DNA from: Candidatus Heimdallarchaeota archaeon
GTDB taxonomy: Archaea; Asgardarchaeota; Heimdallarchaeia; Heimdallarchaeales; Heimdallarchaeaceae
Direction of reading: 5' to 3'
Assembly: GCA_021399395.1 (NCBI GenBank)
Contig: JAAFKJ010000025.1
Location: 1 to 24,054 of the forward strand
DNA length: 24,054 bases
This document shows positions 7,339-16,974 of this stretch, one piece after another. Position 1 is the stretch's first letter; each line of letters starts with the position of its first letter. The notes under the pieces are model-generated. The model had not been told where the DNA came from, searched no databases, and saw only the letters and a list, made by a program, of their open reading frames with translations. A program made the translations under genes and the position numbers.

Positions 7339-8532
7339 ATGAATGAATGGACAGCAACACCAGACGAGATTAGGGAAGGAAAGACAACCGATGTTTATTT
7401 CTTAAGAGCCATACAATGTTTAGACAATGATGGCTTTGATAAAACTAGAGTTTGGGCTGAAGCAACAACAGGAGGGATCCCAAGAGAAGGTAAAAGATTA
7501 GTGTTTTTAGGCTTGAATGATGTTCTAAATCTCTTCCTTGAAGCAAAGTTACCAATAGACGTTTATGCAATAAAAGAAGGAACGATTTTACCATTCAAAG
7601 ATTATTATGGTGTAAAAATACCGTTTCTGACAGTTGATGGAGTTTATAGGGAATTTGCTAAGTATGAAACTCCAATGTTAGGATTGTTATGTTTTCAATC
7701 TGGTGTAGGGACATCTGCCTTAAGATTAAGAATTGCTGCACAAGAAAAAACTCTACTTTCTTTTGGCATTAGAAGGATGCCCCCCGCTATTGCACCTACA
7801 ATTGACAGGGCATGTTATGTTGCTGGTTTTGACGGAATTTCTTGTGTACTAAGTGCTGAAAAGCTAGGAATTCCTGCAACTGGAACTATTCCACACTCCT
7901 TAATTATGATAGAGGGAGGTATTCAACCTACAGTGGTTTCCTTTGACACTAACATTGACTCATCGGTGCCTAGAATCGCTTTAGCAGATACATTCAACGA
8001 TGAAAGGGTTGAAGTTCTAGATGCGCTTGAAGCGATCGGTGAAAAACTTGAAGGTGTAAGATTAGATACACCTGGTTCAAGGAAGGGAAATATGAGAGAA
8101 ATAATACAAGAAATAAAGTGGGAATTAAAATTAAGAGATAGAGAAGATATTAAGATATTTCTCAGTGGAGGTTTGACTGAAACATCGATTCTTGAATTCC
8201 GAGACATTGTCGATGGTTTTGGCATTGGAACGTACGTTGCTAATAGCCCAACAATTGATTTTGCTTTTGACATCGTCAATATTGAGGGAGAAGACATTGC
8301 CAAACGAGGAAAATTTGCTGGAAGAAAACAAGTTGGTTATTGTAAAAAATGCGACATATATCTGTGTGAACAATTTGAACAAGAGCATATTTTATGCCCT
8401 TCATGTAATAATGAAATGGAAAAAATGCTTAAGAAATTCATTGAAAATGGACAGATTATAACAAAATTACCTACTGAAAAAGACATTCAAAAATATATTC
8501 AAAATCAAAGAAATGTCGTAGAAGAGATTTAG
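7339..8532 (+). CDS. pncB: Nicotinate phosphoribosyltransferase, archaeal type with C-terminal Zn-knuckle
   Basis: TDVYF, SFGIRR, GTIPHSL (phospho-His), LADTF, GVRLDTPGSR, SGGL, DGFGIGT and AKRGK motifs, plus CKKC...CPSC. Confidence 0.92.
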   Translation: MNEWTATPDEIREGKTTDVYFLRAIQCLDNDGFDKTRVWAEATTGGIPREGKRLVFLGLNDVLNLFLEAKLPIDVYAIKEGTILPFKDYYGVKIPFLTVDGVYREFAKYETPMLGLLCFQSGVGTSALRLRIAAQEKTLLSFGIRRMPPAIAPTIDRACYVAGFDGISCVLSAEKLGIPATGTIPHSLIMIEGGIQPTVVSFDTNIDSSVPRIALADTFNDERVEVLDALEAIGEKLEGVRLDTPGSRKGNMREIIQEIKWELKLRDREDIKIFLSGGLTETSILEFRDIVDGFGIGTYVANSPTIDFAFDIVNIEGEDIAKRGKFAGRKQVGYCKKCDIYLCEQFEQEHILCPSCNNEMEKMLKKFIENGQIITKLPTEKDIQKYIQNQRNVVEEI

Positions 8533-8643
8533 AAAGTGATAATTTGTTGCCCCACCAAATAAGTTTAAAAGTAATATTGAGTAAAAAGTACAAGTAATAG
8601 ATTTATTTATAAAATAAATAAGTGCTAAACGAAGGTAATCCAC

Positions 8644-9033
8644 ATGGCTTTTGGAATAACATTCGAGAATAAAACAAACGAATTGAAAACAACACTTAGT
8701 GATTTGAAGATAAAAGTGCCTGAAATTGAGAGCGCTGCAATTGTATCAATAGAAGGATTACCAATAGCATCAGTTCTACCTCAAGAAATTGAAGAGGCTA
8801 GATTAGCTGCCATGACAGCAGCAATGTTATCTTTGGGTGAGAGAGTAGCACAAGAGATGCAAAGAGGAGAGTTAGAGAAGATCTTCATTGAAGGTGCATA
8901 CGGATACATAATTACAACAGCAGCAGGTCAAAACGCAGTACTTACTGTATCTGCCAGAAAGGAAGCAAAACTTGGTTTGGTCTTTCTTGATATGGCTCGA
9001 GCAGCCCAAGATGTAGAACGTCAACTAAACTAA
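8644..9033 (+). CDS. Roadblock/LC7 (MglB-like) domain protein
   Basis: IESAAIVSIEGLPIAS, LAAMTAAMLSLGER, GELEKIFIEGAYGYI and AKLGLVFLDM form the classic roadblock signature. Confidence 0.93.
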   Translation: MAFGITFENKTNELKTTLSDLKIKVPEIESAAIVSIEGLPIASVLPQEIEEARLAAMTAAMLSLGERVAQEMQRGELEKIFIEGAYGYIITTAAGQNAVLTVSARKEAKLGLVFLDMARAAQDVERQLN

Positions 9034-9165
9034 TATTACCTTTTCACAATTTTTAACTCTAATATTCATCAATAGTTACAAATATTGTCATTTTCAGCAT
9101 ATTTTATTTGTCATCTTACGAAAAATAAATAAAAACAATCTCTTTTCAAAGGTTGAGCTGAATAG

Positions 9166-10074
9166 ATGAGTAAATCAATTGATGACCAAGATGCAACTGA
9201 AAATCTAGTTGTTACCTTGGGAAAACTTGAGGAAAACATTACCAAACTTAAAACCGTTAGAAACGACTATAATTTGCGTACTAAAGAAGTTTTGACGAAG
9301 AGAAACGAAATCAATAAAGAGATTCAAAAAATTCTAGATAAGGCTAAAGATTGTATGCAAAAACGAGATAATCTAAATCAACAAGTCAAAGACAAAAAAC
9401 AAAAGCGAAAAGGTCTTCAAGAGATATTGCAACAAGATAAAAAAACACTAGAGGAAATTGTCGAAAAAGAACGAACAATTGACAAAGGGAGCATCCGCAA
9501 GAAAAGAGGAGTCATGATTGGACTTAGTAAACGGATAGATAAAATTGAGTGGGAGTTACAAACCAGCGTTTTAAATTCTGATAAAGAGAAAGAAATGATT
9601 CAAATTTTAGAAAAACTTTCAGAACAAGCAAATAAATTAGCAGAAGAGGTTCATATAACATCTAAACAAACAGAATTATGGAGAAAAATTTCTTCTTTGC
9701 AGAAGGAAATAAATATATTTCATGTTCAAATTGTCGATGCTGCAAAAGAGTCTCAAATTTATCATAATGTAATGAATCAACATTTTCAGAAAGTTAATAC
9801 TCTGAGGAAAACTGCAAATGAACATCATAAAGAGTTTATAACCAGTAAGAAGGCAGCTGATGGATATCATAAAGACTTCCTATCAAAAGTTACAAAGAAG
9901 AATGAATTAAGAAAAGAACTGAAAACCGCTCAACTTGAACATAGAAGGAAAATAAAAGAGCGTATAAAATCTAATATTGAAGAGGGAGTCAATAAAGCTT
10001 ACGAAAAATATCAAGCTGGAGATAACCTTTCTTTAGATGAATTCAGATTGTTAGTTGAGAATGGTATGATTTAG
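9166..10074 (+). CDS. Conserved archaeal coiled-coil protein (COG1340-like)
   Basis: KRDNLNQQVK, IEWELQTSVL..EKE, ESQIYH..M, ADGYH and a C-terminal AYEKYQAGDNLSLDEFRLL typical of this family. Confidence 0.75.
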   Translation: MSKSIDDQDATENLVVTLGKLEENITKLKTVRNDYNLRTKEVLTKRNEINKEIQKILDKAKDCMQKRDNLNQQVKDKKQKRKGLQEILQQDKKTLEEIVEKERTIDKGSIRKKRGVMIGLSKRIDKIEWELQTSVLNSDKEKEMIQILEKLSEQANKLAEEVHITSKQTELWRKISSLQKEINIFHVQIVDAAKESQIYHNVMNQHFQKVNTLRKTANEHHKEFITSKKAADGYHKDFLSKVTKKNELRKELKTAQLEHRRKIKERIKSNIEEGVNKAYEKYQAGDNLSLDEFRLLVENGMI

Positions 10075-10094
10075 TTGGTTAAGAATCAATTTCA

Positions 10095-10544
10095 CTATTT
10101 TAGAAGATCTTCAGCCAAAATCAAATAATCAGCATAGATTAAGCTGTTTTCTATAGTTTGTTTTGTAGGAGCTATTAGTAAAATCTCGGTAGATTCTCTT
10201 GCAGAGGAAATCATAGGTAAAAGAACCTCGTCAACAACCCCCAAACATAGAATATCTGTTTGCTGTGTAAGAACAACATCCATTCCTTCGAGTGCCATGT
10301 GTATATCTTCATCAGAAGGGACTATCACAGGAGATATTCCCTGTTTGATATAAGTTCCATATGCTTCAGGTTTTAGCTGATGATCAAATATTGCTATAGA
10401 TTTTCGAATACTCCCAATTTCCTTTATTTGATCAAGAATATGAGTCAGTTGGTCTTCAGAAAGAGTTTCAATTAGTTTACCTGTAAAAATGCAACTGATG
10501 TTTTTTCCTTGTCTTTTAAGGATATTAAGTACTCTTTCGGTCAT
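10095..10544 (-). CDS. Degenerate NYN/PIN-like domain protein (TIGR00288-like)
   Basis: QGISPVIVPSDEDIHMALEGMDVV...DILCL...LPMISSARE...LIYADY resembles the archaeal TIGR00288 NYN family pattern, but several acidic motifs have diverged. Confidence 0.65.
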   Translation of the reverse strand: MTERVLNILKRQGKNISCIFTGKLIETLSEDQLTHILDQIKEIGSIRKSIAIFDHQLKPEAYGTYIKQGISPVIVPSDEDIHMALEGMDVVLTQQTDILCLGVVDEVLLPMISSARESTEILLIAPTKQTIENSLIYADYLILAEDLLK

Positions 10545-10706
10545 ACTTCACATAGTACACTATTGCACATCTATAAATAATTTCTTTTCTATAAATATTC
10601 TAAGGCGATGAAAATAGTCGATATAAAAAGAGATTAAAAGAGTAATAAATTGATTTTCTTAATTAATCGAGCATCCTAACTATCTGATATAACATAGGTG
10701 ACAACA

Positions 10707-11477
10707 ATGCGATTACCAACTTCTAGACTTATTTACAAGTTATACGAAAAGAAACTATCTTCAGAAATTAGAAGTAATCCAATCCCTAAACACATAGGGA
10801 TAATTTTGGATGGTAATAGAAGAGGTAGCAGAAAATTAGGTGTGGACTATATCACAGGATACAACCTGGGAGCAGAAAAATTGGAAGATGTTTTAGATTG
10901 GTGTTGGGATCTTGAAGTAAAAGTAATCACATGCTGGATTTTTTCTACAGAGAATTTTTCACGTCCGAAAGCTCAAGTTGAAAGTATTATGAAACTAGCT
11001 GTTAAGTATTTTCAAAAGATTAGGAATGATAAGCGAATTCTCAAGAATGAAGTGAGAATCAGAGTATTGGGTAGGCACAATATGCTTCCCAAAGAAGTTC
11101 AGGAAGAGATTAAACTAACTGAAGAAGCTACTAAGCATCATGAGAGATATGACCTAAACCTATGTATGGCATATGGTGGGAGAGCTGAAATAGTCGACGC
11201 GCTTAAGCAAATTCTCAACAAAGCTAAAGAGGGAAAAATTGTTCTGGATGATGTTGATGAAGAACTTATCAGTAATCATCTGTATACTGATGACATACCT
11301 GATCCTGATTTAATCATACGTACTTCAGGAGAAGAAAGATTATCTGGTTTTCTTCTTTGGCAGTCAGCATTCTCTGAATATTATTTTACAGACGTTCATT
11401 GGCCTTTATTTAGAAAAATAGATCTTTGGAGAGCTATTAGATCATTTCAAAGAAGAGAAAGAAGATATGGCGGGTAG
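10707..11477 (+). CDS. uppS: cis-Prenyltransferase (undecaprenyl/polyprenyl diphosphate synthase)
   Basis: PKHIGIILDGNRR, FSTENFSR, YGGRAEI and PDLIIRTSGEERLSGFLLWQ motifs with a C-terminal RRYGG. ATG at 10707 is preceded by an archaeal SD-like GGTGA (track start is GTG at 10698). Confidence 0.95.
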   Translation: MRLPTSRLIYKLYEKKLSSEIRSNPIPKHIGIILDGNRRGSRKLGVDYITGYNLGAEKLEDVLDWCWDLEVKVITCWIFSTENFSRPKAQVESIMKLAVKYFQKIRNDKRILKNEVRIRVLGRHNMLPKEVQEEIKLTEEATKHHERYDLNLCMAYGGRAEIVDALKQILNKAKEGKIVLDDVDEELISNHLYTDDIPDPDLIIRTSGEERLSGFLLWQSAFSEYYFTDVHWPLFRKIDLWRAIRSFQRRERRYGG

Positions 11478-11489
11478 ATTCTTGAAGAT

Positions 11490-12269
11490 CTACTCATAGA
11501 AGTCATCTCTTACACCCCATTCCCGCTCTAAGAGAGCTATAAGAGTGTCAATATTGTATCCAGTATTTGCACTTACTGGAATGAGATCTCCTGTACTCTT
11601 AAACTGATCCAGAAGTTCTATCATACTAATACCTAACTGCTGAGACATGTTTATCTGACCATAGCTTTGAATCGAAGATACCAATGTTTCTGGTGAATCT
11701 ATCCAACTTTCAAGAGATTCCATCTGTTCTTTTTCAATAATATCTGCTTTAGAGATTGTTGTGATTTGAGGAAGTGATAATTGAAAATTAACTGACATGC
11801 TTAACAATAATATGCTTGAAAATCCTTCTGGTCTAAGTACTAAGGAGGGATCTATCAGAAATATCGATGCAGGTTGACCTTCTTCAGCTAGGATGGAAGA
11901 AATTAAGCGACCACTACTTCGATAAGCGAACAACTCTATTTGTCCTGGTGTATCAATTAACAGATATTCAGGCTCAATATATTCAATTTCTGATCTTATG
12001 TCATCAATTTTTGTAGCAATAAGATCCATACTTGCAATCATTGCACCATTTGGCCCAAGTTCTAACTTATCAGTTAGATGATCAATATTGACAATATCCC
12101 TAACATCAATATCAGGATTGTAAGGTAATCGTCTAACACCCGCATCCAAATTGAGAGTGGCTACGTTTAACTTCTTCTCATTAAACCAATCATAAAGTGT
12201 TCTAGTTAATACTGTTTTACCGCTTCCAGCGGTTCCTAACATGAAAATTGGGTAATATCTTTTTGTCAT
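11490..12269 (-). CDS. GPN-loop GTPase
   Basis: Walker A GTAGSGKT, NLDAG..LPY.PDIDVRD, LGPNG, LIDTPGQIELF, SKAD and PVSA. Confidence 0.95.
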   Translation of the reverse strand: MTKRYYPIFMLGTAGSGKTVLTRTLYDWFNEKKLNVATLNLDAGVRRLPYNPDIDVRDIVNIDHLTDKLELGPNGAMIASMDLIATKIDDIRSEIEYIEPEYLLIDTPGQIELFAYRSSGRLISSILAEEGQPASIFLIDPSLVLRPEGFSSILLLSMSVNFQLSLPQITTISKADIIEKEQMESLESWIDSPETLVSSIQSYGQINMSQQLGISMIELLDQFKSTGDLIPVSANTGYNIDTLIALLEREWGVRDDFYE

Positions 12270-12271
12270 AA

Positions 12272-13063
12272 TTAATCAACTAAGGATTCAATTTTAATAT
12301 CTGGTATATTTTCTCGGATTAGTTCTTGTAGTTCGTCTATTGCGTTACTTACGTCTAGTTCAGCTTTTTCTCCTAATCCCGATATGTGTATTATTATACC
12401 TTGTTTATCCTTGTATGCAGGATGAGATTTCACATATAATTCACTATACTTATTCTTAATAGATAAGATAAATGGTGCTAGTTGGCTTTCAATGCTTTGG
12501 AAAATCTGAAATTTCTTTTCATACAATATTCCGTTATTTTTATCTTTCAAACGGGGTAAAATGTGACGAGAAAATATATCCTTCAATTCAGTTGGGACAC
12601 CTGGTAAGCAATAAATTTCTATTCCGAGATGAATTACATAACACCCAGGAGCACCTCCAACATAGTTCTTTAGAACTTCAGAAGTTGCAGGCATAAATGC
12701 CATTTTCCTTCTATCTTTGGTAAGTTCTGCATTTTTTTTACGATAAAATTCTTGAATCTGACCAAGAGCAATTTTGTTCTCTATCAAATCCAATCCAGAT
12801 GCTTTGGACAATACCTCAAGTTGTATGTCATCATAAGTAGGCCCTAATCCTCCAGTTACTAAAATCAAATCAGGTTTTCTCTCAAATACTTCTTGAAAAA
12901 ATTCAGAAGCTAATACCAGATCATCTCTAATACAAGTCACACGTCTAACTTCATACCCAACCTTAGTTAGATGATCTCCTAGATATGTGGCGTTGGTATT
13001 AGTTGTAACACCAATCAGCAATTCATTGCCTAGACATACTATTTCAGCTGTAGGTATATCCAT
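12272..13063 (-). CDS. CinA N-terminal / molybdopterin-binding-like (COG1058) pyrophosphatase
   Basis: GNELLIG...NTNA, TGGLGPTYDD, KMAFMP, GGAPG and LPGVPTE motifs; no C-terminal PncC domain. Confidence 0.88.
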   Translation of the reverse strand: MDIPTAEIVCLGNELLIGVTTNTNATYLGDHLTKVGYEVRRVTCIRDDLVLASEFFQEVFERKPDLILVTGGLGPTYDDIQLEVLSKASGLDLIENKIALGQIQEFYRKKNAELTKDRRKMAFMPATSEVLKNYVGGAPGCYVIHLGIEIYCLPGVPTELKDIFSRHILPRLKDKNNGILYEKKFQIFQSIESQLAPFILSIKNKYSELYVKSHPAYKDKQGIIIHISGLGEKAELDVSNAIDELQELIRENIPDIKIESLVD

Positions 13064-13075
13064 TATATAACCACT

Positions 13076-14146
13076 TCATTTTTCTCTATGAATTCCCATT
13101 TTAGCTATTTCAAGTAAGAAGTTTTTGTATTTATCATTCAGTGGAGGATGAATCTTATCCAAAGAGCCCATACAATCATGATACAGTTTTTCAGCTTGTT
13201 TTCTGGCATAATCTAAAGCCCCAGTATCTCTCATAATGTTTCTAACTTGTTCTATTTCGGCTGAAGTTGAATCTCTATTACCAACAATCTTTTTCATGAG
13301 CTCAGTTTGTTTGTCATTTGCTTTTTCTATAGTTTTGATAAGAAGTAATGTTTTCTTTCCTTCTTTTAAGTCACTATCTGTTGGTTTACCTGTTTTTTTA
13401 GGATCTCCGAATGTTCCAATAATATCATCAACAATTTGGAATGCAATCCCAGCAGCACGTGCAAAGTCCCCTAAATCCTTCAACTGTGATTCTTCTGCTC
13501 CTGCTAAAATTGCGCCCATCTTTGCTGCAGATTCAAATAAAGCAGCTGTTTTACCAGTCACCATATCTATATATTCATCTTCTGAAACAGTGAATTTTCC
13601 CATAAAATCTGTTTCAACAATTACTCCTCTTACTACTCTGAAAAATCCCTGGTTGAATTCTAGTGATGCTTGTAACACTTTATCAGGTGGAAAATCATTC
13701 ACATGAATTGCACTGTATGCTATGTTATACATAAAGTCACCACCAAGAATTCCCATTGCAATTCCGAAATCTTTGGGATTTTGAATCTCTTCGTTATAAT
13801 TATTTTGAGAATAATTTTCTAGTGTTTTGTGGAAAGCACTAATTCCTCTTCTTGTTTCAGCATTGTCCATTATATCATCGTGAATAAGACTCGCATTATG
13901 AAGTAATTCTAAAGAAAGAGAAGCTTTGATGATTCCTTCCTCATTAACTTCGGGATTAATTGCTGCACTTGAAAAGAACATTAGAACAGGTCTTATTCTT
14001 TTACCGCCTGAAAAAAGGAATCTCTCGATTTCTTTGTAAAAATATTCTAGAAAAGGATTATCAAGATCATTTGATTTCTCTTGTAAGAAATTTTTCATGG
14101 CCTTGTCTACTTTTTTTAGAATATTGGCATATTGAGTAAGAAACAT
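13076..14146 (-). CDS. idsA: trans-Isoprenyl diphosphate synthase (GGPP synthase)
   Basis: GGKRIRP, first Asp-rich motif ASLIHDDIMD...RRG, GKTAALF, second Asp-rich motif FQIVDDIIG, and GKPTDSDLKEGKKT. Confidence 0.92.
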   Translation of the reverse strand: MFLTQYANILKKVDKAMKNFLQEKSNDLDNPFLEYFYKEIERFLFSGGKRIRPVLMFFSSAAINPEVNEEGIIKASLSLELLHNASLIHDDIMDNAETRRGISAFHKTLENYSQNNYNEEIQNPKDFGIAMGILGGDFMYNIAYSAIHVNDFPPDKVLQASLEFNQGFFRVVRGVIVETDFMGKFTVSEDEYIDMVTGKTAALFESAAKMGAILAGAEESQLKDLGDFARAAGIAFQIVDDIIGTFGDPKKTGKPTDSDLKEGKKTLLLIKTIEKANDKQTELMKKIVGNRDSTSAEIEQVRNIMRDTGALDYARKQAEKLYHDCMGSLDKIHPPLNDKYKNFLLEIAKMGIHREK

Positions 14147-14261
14147 GGTTATCGTCCTAAGTTCAGTCGGCTTACAGAAAGAATTGTACTATTAAACATT
14201 TTTTGATAGATACAATTGTTCACAAAGCACAAGATATTTGAAATACCATTAGAGAACTCAT

Positions 14262-14903
14262 ATGAACAATATGGCTAATTCAACAAATTTCCAAAATTTA
14301 GCCTCTGAAATTGAGAAGAGACTTTTGATAAAGGATGAAATTAGGGAAAGTTTACTGAAGCTCTCCAGACAAACTATCAAGTTTGCTGGTCAGAGTATAG
14401 AAGGTTTCCATAGAAATAATTGGGAAGAAGCAGAGAAAAAGCTCGACCAAGCAAAAAATACCTTGAACAAAATTAACAACTTCCTAAAAGAAGATCAAAC
14501 TGCACACAATATTGGTATTGTTGGAGTTGCAATGCAAGAATATGTTGAAGCAAGATTATTTTATGAAGTAATAAGTGACAAGGGTTTATCTGAAGTAAGT
14601 GATTTAGAGGTCACAGACCAAGCTTATCTTCTAGGTATAGCCGATTTAATTGGAGAATTAAGAAGATACTCATTAGAGCAGCTTGTGGAAGGAAACGTAG
14701 ACAAAGCTAAGCATTATTACAATCTCATGAAAGAATTATATGGGACATTTTTACAGATTGATTATGGTAAGAATCTAGTATCAGATCTTCGTAGGAAAAA
14801 AGATACAGCCAGAGTTTTAGTTGAACGTACATTATCAGATTTGTTTGTAGCCCAACAAAGCAGAAGTCTAAAAGAGAAACTTCAGGAAAATAACAGTAAC
14901 TAA
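14262..14903 (+). CDS. Translin/TRAX (C3PO) family protein
   Basis: RESLLKLSR, QEYVEA, YLLGIADLIGELRR and LRRKKD motifs. Confidence 0.9.
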   Translation: MNNMANSTNFQNLASEIEKRLLIKDEIRESLLKLSRQTIKFAGQSIEGFHRNNWEEAEKKLDQAKNTLNKINNFLKEDQTAHNIGIVGVAMQEYVEARLFYEVISDKGLSEVSDLEVTDQAYLLGIADLIGELRRYSLEQLVEGNVDKAKHYYNLMKELYGTFLQIDYGKNLVSDLRRKKDTARVLVERTLSDLFVAQQSRSLKEKLQENNSN

Positions 14904-14904
14904 T

Positions 14905-16284
14905 TTATTCTTCTGGATAACAGATTATTATACCGACATCCATAAGATTTGTGCCTGTATATCCTGTAACCAATTCTCCCCCATATTTTTTGAAAAATGT
15001 ATTTGTATCGTTGTTCTCTAAGGAGTTATTGGCTTCATCCATCTTAGTTTTATCATCAAGTGTAAAGGGACCCACCAAAGCTCCAGCAGCTTTAGAATTA
15101 CCATCTATCCCATCTGTTCCCAAAGATAGTAAGTACATAGAAAGGTTTCCTACGGAGGATAAAGCGAAGGATAAAGCCAATTCTTGATTTCTACCACCTA
15201 TCCCTTCAAGGGATTTTAGAGTAACCGTAGTTTCACCTCCAAAAATCAGATATTGTTTAGATTGAAGATTCTTAGAGCCAATTTTCTGCAATGATTGAAG
15301 AGCAATTTCTTTTCCTATGACGCTCGATTCACCAATGATAGAATCGCGAATAATTTCAGTATTACCCTTAGAACCTAGATAATTATTGACATGTCCAAGC
15401 AATTTTGTATTGTCCCCTATAATATAGTTCTGAACATGCTTAAACAATTCTCTATCTGAAGGGGTATCTGGTAGTTCTGAATTCAAACCTTTAGCTAAAG
15501 CATTAGAGATACTTTCTGGAAGGAGATCAAATAAGGAATATGTTGAAAAAATCTCTTTACATTGATTCCAAGTTGTTTCATCTGGCGCAGTAGGACCAGA
15601 AGCTATACTAGATACATCATTCCCAATAACATCAGAAAGTATTATACTAACAATATTGGCTTTAGTTATTTGAGCAAGTTTGCCACCTTTAATTCTAGAA
15701 AAATGCTTTCGTACAGTGTTTATCTCTTGTATTGAAGCACTACTAGATAATAACAGATCTACTAGTTTTTCATAATCAAAAAAAGAAATTCCATAATCAG
15801 GTTGTTCTAACAAAGCACTTCCTCCTCCAGAAATAAGGAAAATACACAAATCGTCTTTTGTTGTTTTTTCTAGCAGAGAAACAACTGCTTCAGCTGCTTC
15901 TACACTTTGTTCTGTGGGTTTTGGATGTCCTCCTTGGAAAAAGGTTACATTATCCAATGTTTCAAAAAACTGATCATAATTATCAGGGGATACGAGAAAA
16001 ATACGAGAAAAATTCTTAGGAAATCTGTCTAAGAGGCATTTAGACATCTTCTGAGAAGCTTTTCCGAAAGCAATTAAGTAGAAATTATTATACTGATTTA
16101 GAACATAAGAGGTATCATTTATTGTTAATTTCTCGTTTGAAACCGAAAGCGAAGAGGGCATCATTTTTGATGGTTGAGATTCATTCAAAATGAATTCAGC
16201 AACTTCTACAAGCTCATTAATTGCTTCTTTTTCCTTTTCATTTCTTCCCAAGTCCTGTAGCTCAAACCTGTTTTTTACAAACAT
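14905..16284 (-). CDS. Glycerate kinase, class II (MOFRL/TtuD-like)
   Basis: FGKAS, GGHPKP, LISGGGSALL, EINTVRKH.S.IKGG, SDVIGND..IASGPT, GGETTV, GGRNQELAL, GTDGIDG and TGTNLMD. Confidence 0.93.
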   Translation of the reverse strand: MFVKNRFELQDLGRNEKEKEAINELVEVAEFILNESQPSKMMPSSLSVSNEKLTINDTSYVLNQYNNFYLIAFGKASQKMSKCLLDRFPKNFSRIFLVSPDNYDQFFETLDNVTFFQGGHPKPTEQSVEAAEAVVSLLEKTTKDDLCIFLISGGGSALLEQPDYGISFFDYEKLVDLLLSSSASIQEINTVRKHFSRIKGGKLAQITKANIVSIILSDVIGNDVSSIASGPTAPDETTWNQCKEIFSTYSLFDLLPESISNALAKGLNSELPDTPSDRELFKHVQNYIIGDNTKLLGHVNNYLGSKGNTEIIRDSIIGESSVIGKEIALQSLQKIGSKNLQSKQYLIFGGETTVTLKSLEGIGGRNQELALSFALSSVGNLSMYLLSLGTDGIDGNSKAAGALVGPFTLDDKTKMDEANNSLENNDTNTFFKKYGGELVTGYTGTNLMDVGIIICYPEE

Positions 16285-16336
16285 AGTTGATAATAAGTAA
16301 AAAGGAATAAGAAAGTTTCGAAGATGTGATGGATGG

Positions 16337-16972
16337 TTACTTTCGATAGTTATGGTTGATTATGTCTTGCATAATTTTTGTAGTTGATTTTCCTGGAACA
16401 TGTTTCTGCAATCGAATAATTTTCACATGAGAATGACCTCTTGCAGAAATATCCTCATACAACGCTCTTTCTTCTTCAGCTTGGTCATATCCAAGAGCTA
16501 TGATATCTGGGTCAATAAAATCAACTGTACTCATAAAATCTGTCTCACTCCCCTTTATTACTGCATCCACATTTTTCACACTTTCTAGAACTCGAGATCT
16601 ATCATCCATAGAATTAGCAGGAAGACGATTTTTTAGTCTTTTAACATTTTTATCAGTGGCCATCACTACAACTAAGGCATCACCTAGAAATCTCGCTTGT
16701 TCTAAAGTAAATAGATGTCCTATGTGTAAAATGTCATAAGTTCCCCCAGTCATAACGACTGAAATTTGTTTACGTCCCAATTGAGTCAAATGAATATTTT
16801 TTTCTGAATCAATAGTAAGGGATTCTGTGTTTAACAAAGAAGAGATGAACGATTCAAGAAGTGCGGTGGACATTTCTAATTGTCTCATTAGAACTGAGAG
16901 ATCGGAGGTAATGCTTTTGAGATTGTTAACATAAAGCTGTCTTATAATTCTCTTCTCATCAACTCCTACCAC
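16337..16972 (-). CDS. ribL: FAD synthase (RibL-like cytidylyltransferase fold) with about 70-aa N-terminal extension
   Basis: GGTYDILHIGH (HxGH), LVVVMATD, VDAVIKG, PDIIALGYDQ and KSTTKI motifs; lies immediately downstream of riboflavin kinase. Confidence 0.8.
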   Translation of the reverse strand: MVGVDEKRIIRQLYVNNLKSITSDLSVLMRQLEMSTALLESFISSLLNTESLTIDSEKNIHLTQLGRKQISVVMTGGTYDILHIGHLFTLEQARFLGDALVVVMATDKNVKRLKNRLPANSMDDRSRVLESVKNVDAVIKGSETDFMSTVDFIDPDIIALGYDQAEEERALYEDISARGHSHVKIIRLQKHVPGKSTTKIMQDIINHNYRK

Positions 16973-16974
16973 TT

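Noticed and set aside
8601-8619. ATTTATTT-ATA-AAATAAAT palindrome upstream of the roadblock gene
   Set aside because: A/T-only sequence in a promoter-like tract; low information content.
10624-10646. Partial similarity (TAAAAGAGTA) to the sequence flanking the candidate tnpB right end, as a possible guide target
   Set aside because: Only about 10 nt of low-complexity A-rich sequence, expected by chance in an AT-rich genome.
11490-12269. GPN GTPase as the cognate MglA/Rag-like partner of the roadblock and longin proteins
   Set aside because: The GPN motif places it in the SIMIBI-class GPN family, not the Ras-like superfamily regulated by roadblock/longin domains.
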